DNA of 64,000 nucleotides, taken from contig DBXV01000004.1 in NCBI GenBank assembly GCA_002309695.1, forward strand, positions 36,458 to 100,457. The letters are read 5' to 3'. Shown here piece by piece: positions 63,233 through 64,000 of the stretch; within the stretch, counting starts at the first letter, position 1, and each line of letters begins with the position of its first letter. Position numbers and translations under genes: made by a program. This stretch comes from Myxococcales bacterium UBA1203. GTDB lineage: Bacteria; Myxococcota; Myxococcia; Myxococcales; UBA5297. The notes under the pieces were generated by a model, which was given only the letters and a program-made list of their open reading frames with translations, was not told the origin of the DNA and made no database searches.

Positions 63233-64000
63233 ATGGCAACGACTCCTCCCTCTCCCCCAGAGCAATTTCCGCAGCCGTTCGGGAAGTACACGCTCCTCCG
63301 CAAGCTGGCGCGCGGCGGCATGGCGGAGCTGTTTCTGGCGCGGACTGCGGATTCTCCCCGGGTCTATGTGGTCAAGCGAATCCTGCCGGCCATGGCCAAG
63401 GACAAATCATTCCTGTCCATGTTCCTGACTGAGGCGCGGGTCGCGGCCCAGCTGGACCACCCCAACATCATCCGCATCGATGACCTGGGACGGGAGGGTC
63501 CCCACATCTATCAGGCGATGGAATACATCGACGGCATCGACCTGGAGCGCCTGCTTCGGGTGTGCGGCGGCCGGATTCCGCCCGATGTCATGGTGCAAAT
63601 CGCCATCTGCCTCTGCGACGCTCTCTACTACGCCTACAAGGCCATCGATCTCTCCACCGGCCGTCCGCTCAAGGTGGTGCACCGCGATGTGACTCCCGGG
63701 AACGTGATGATTACCCGCCAGGGCGTCGTGAAGCTGGTGGACTTCGGCGTGGCCAAGGCCACCGCGCAGCTGGAGCAGACCAAGGCCGGCGTGGTCAAAG
63801 GCAAGTTCCGCTACATGTCCCCCGAGCAGCTCCAGCTGAAAGAGCTGGACGGCCGGAGCGACCTGTTTTCCGTGGGCGTGCTCCTCTACGAAACCACCAC
63901 GGGCACGAAGCCCTTCGACCGGCCGCAAATCATGGACATCGTGCGGGCGCTGACCACCTGGGAACCGCCGCCGCCGGTCAAGGCCTTCGCCGGCTATCCG
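63233..64000 (+). CDS. Hanks-type Ser/Thr protein kinase, N-terminal part (continues beyond the window)
   Basis: ATG 63233. Gly-rich loop LARGGMAELF, VVKRIL Lys, HRDVTPGNVM catalytic loop, DFGVAK, SPEQ. Open through the window end, so not in the track. Confidence 0.8.
   Translation, partial: MATTPPSPPEQFPQPFGKYTLLRKLARGGMAELFLARTADSPRVYVVKRILPAMAKDKSFLSMFLTEARVAAQLDHPNIIRIDDLGREGPHIYQAMEYIDGIDLERLLRVCGGRIPPDVMVQIAICLCDALYYAYKAIDLSTGRPLKVVHRDVTPGNVMITRQGVVKLVDFGVAKATAQLEQTKAGVVKGKFRYMSPEQLQLKELDGRSDLFSVGVLLYETTTGTKPFDRPQIMDIVRALTTWEPPPPVKAFAGYP

Noticed and set aside
1-64000. CRISPR arrays, transposases/integrases, restriction-modification, toxin-antitoxin or other recognisable defence systems
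   Set aside because: I scanned both strands. No short regularly spaced direct repeats with unique spacers. The only short-repeat cluster (30.7-31.1 kb) is irregular and palindromic, REP-like. No DDE/tyrosine recombinase, methyltransferase/REase, or small paired-ORF signatures were seen. The DinG-family helicase looks housekeeping (Fe-S XPD type with long unrelated flanks).

Overview
GC-rich segment (roughly two-thirds G+C by eye, not computed) with Myxococcota/deltaproteobacterial signatures: Myxococcus-type Cys-rich repeats, an ECF sigma/anti-sigma pair, FHA domains, many lipobox proteins. I call about 49 protein genes (two partial at the window edges) and two tRNAs (Val-TAC, Asp-GTC).

Most of the window is housekeeping: rlmN, gap, pyrH-frr, nadK-recN, a dinG-family helicase, exbB-exbD, a flotillin/NfeD pair, a fabF-like KAS, and peptidoglycan-turnover genes (M23 peptidase, NamZ/DUF1343, AmpG, SpoIID/LytB).

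The part that does not look like core genome is a ~16.4 kb locus at 11.8-28.3 kb, more than a quarter of the window. It holds two tandem, translationally overlapping paralogous lipoproteins of ~2000 aa, each about 33 copies of a ~40-aa CGDG/CDDG Cys-rich repeat plus a Tyr/Asn/Ser-rich C-terminal beta region. These are followed by a Bax-inhibitor-1 family gene with a low-GC Asn/Asp-rich N-extension, and a 967-aa lipoprotein combining EGF-like Cys modules with three Fibrobacter-type (FISUMP) domains. This is my best candidate for an undescribed secreted/surface system.

Other points worth a second look:
- a truncated phosphoglycerate-kinase N-domain ORF downstream of gap (separated from it by a terminator)
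- a radical-SAM gene coupled to ampG at the head of a long minus-strand operon ending in NfeD-flotillin
- a Cys-rich-repeat plus EEP-nuclease lipoprotein divergent from dinG
- two paralogous beta-barrel-like secreted proteins upstream of an exbBD pair with no tonB
- a repeat- and hairpin-dense intergenic region between frr and the flotillin gene

I found no CRISPR array, no integrase/transposase, and no obvious toxin-antitoxin or restriction genes. The ORF track uses GTG/TTG as M, so several listed starts are non-ATG; many long ORFs opposite real genes are GC-rich antisense shadows.
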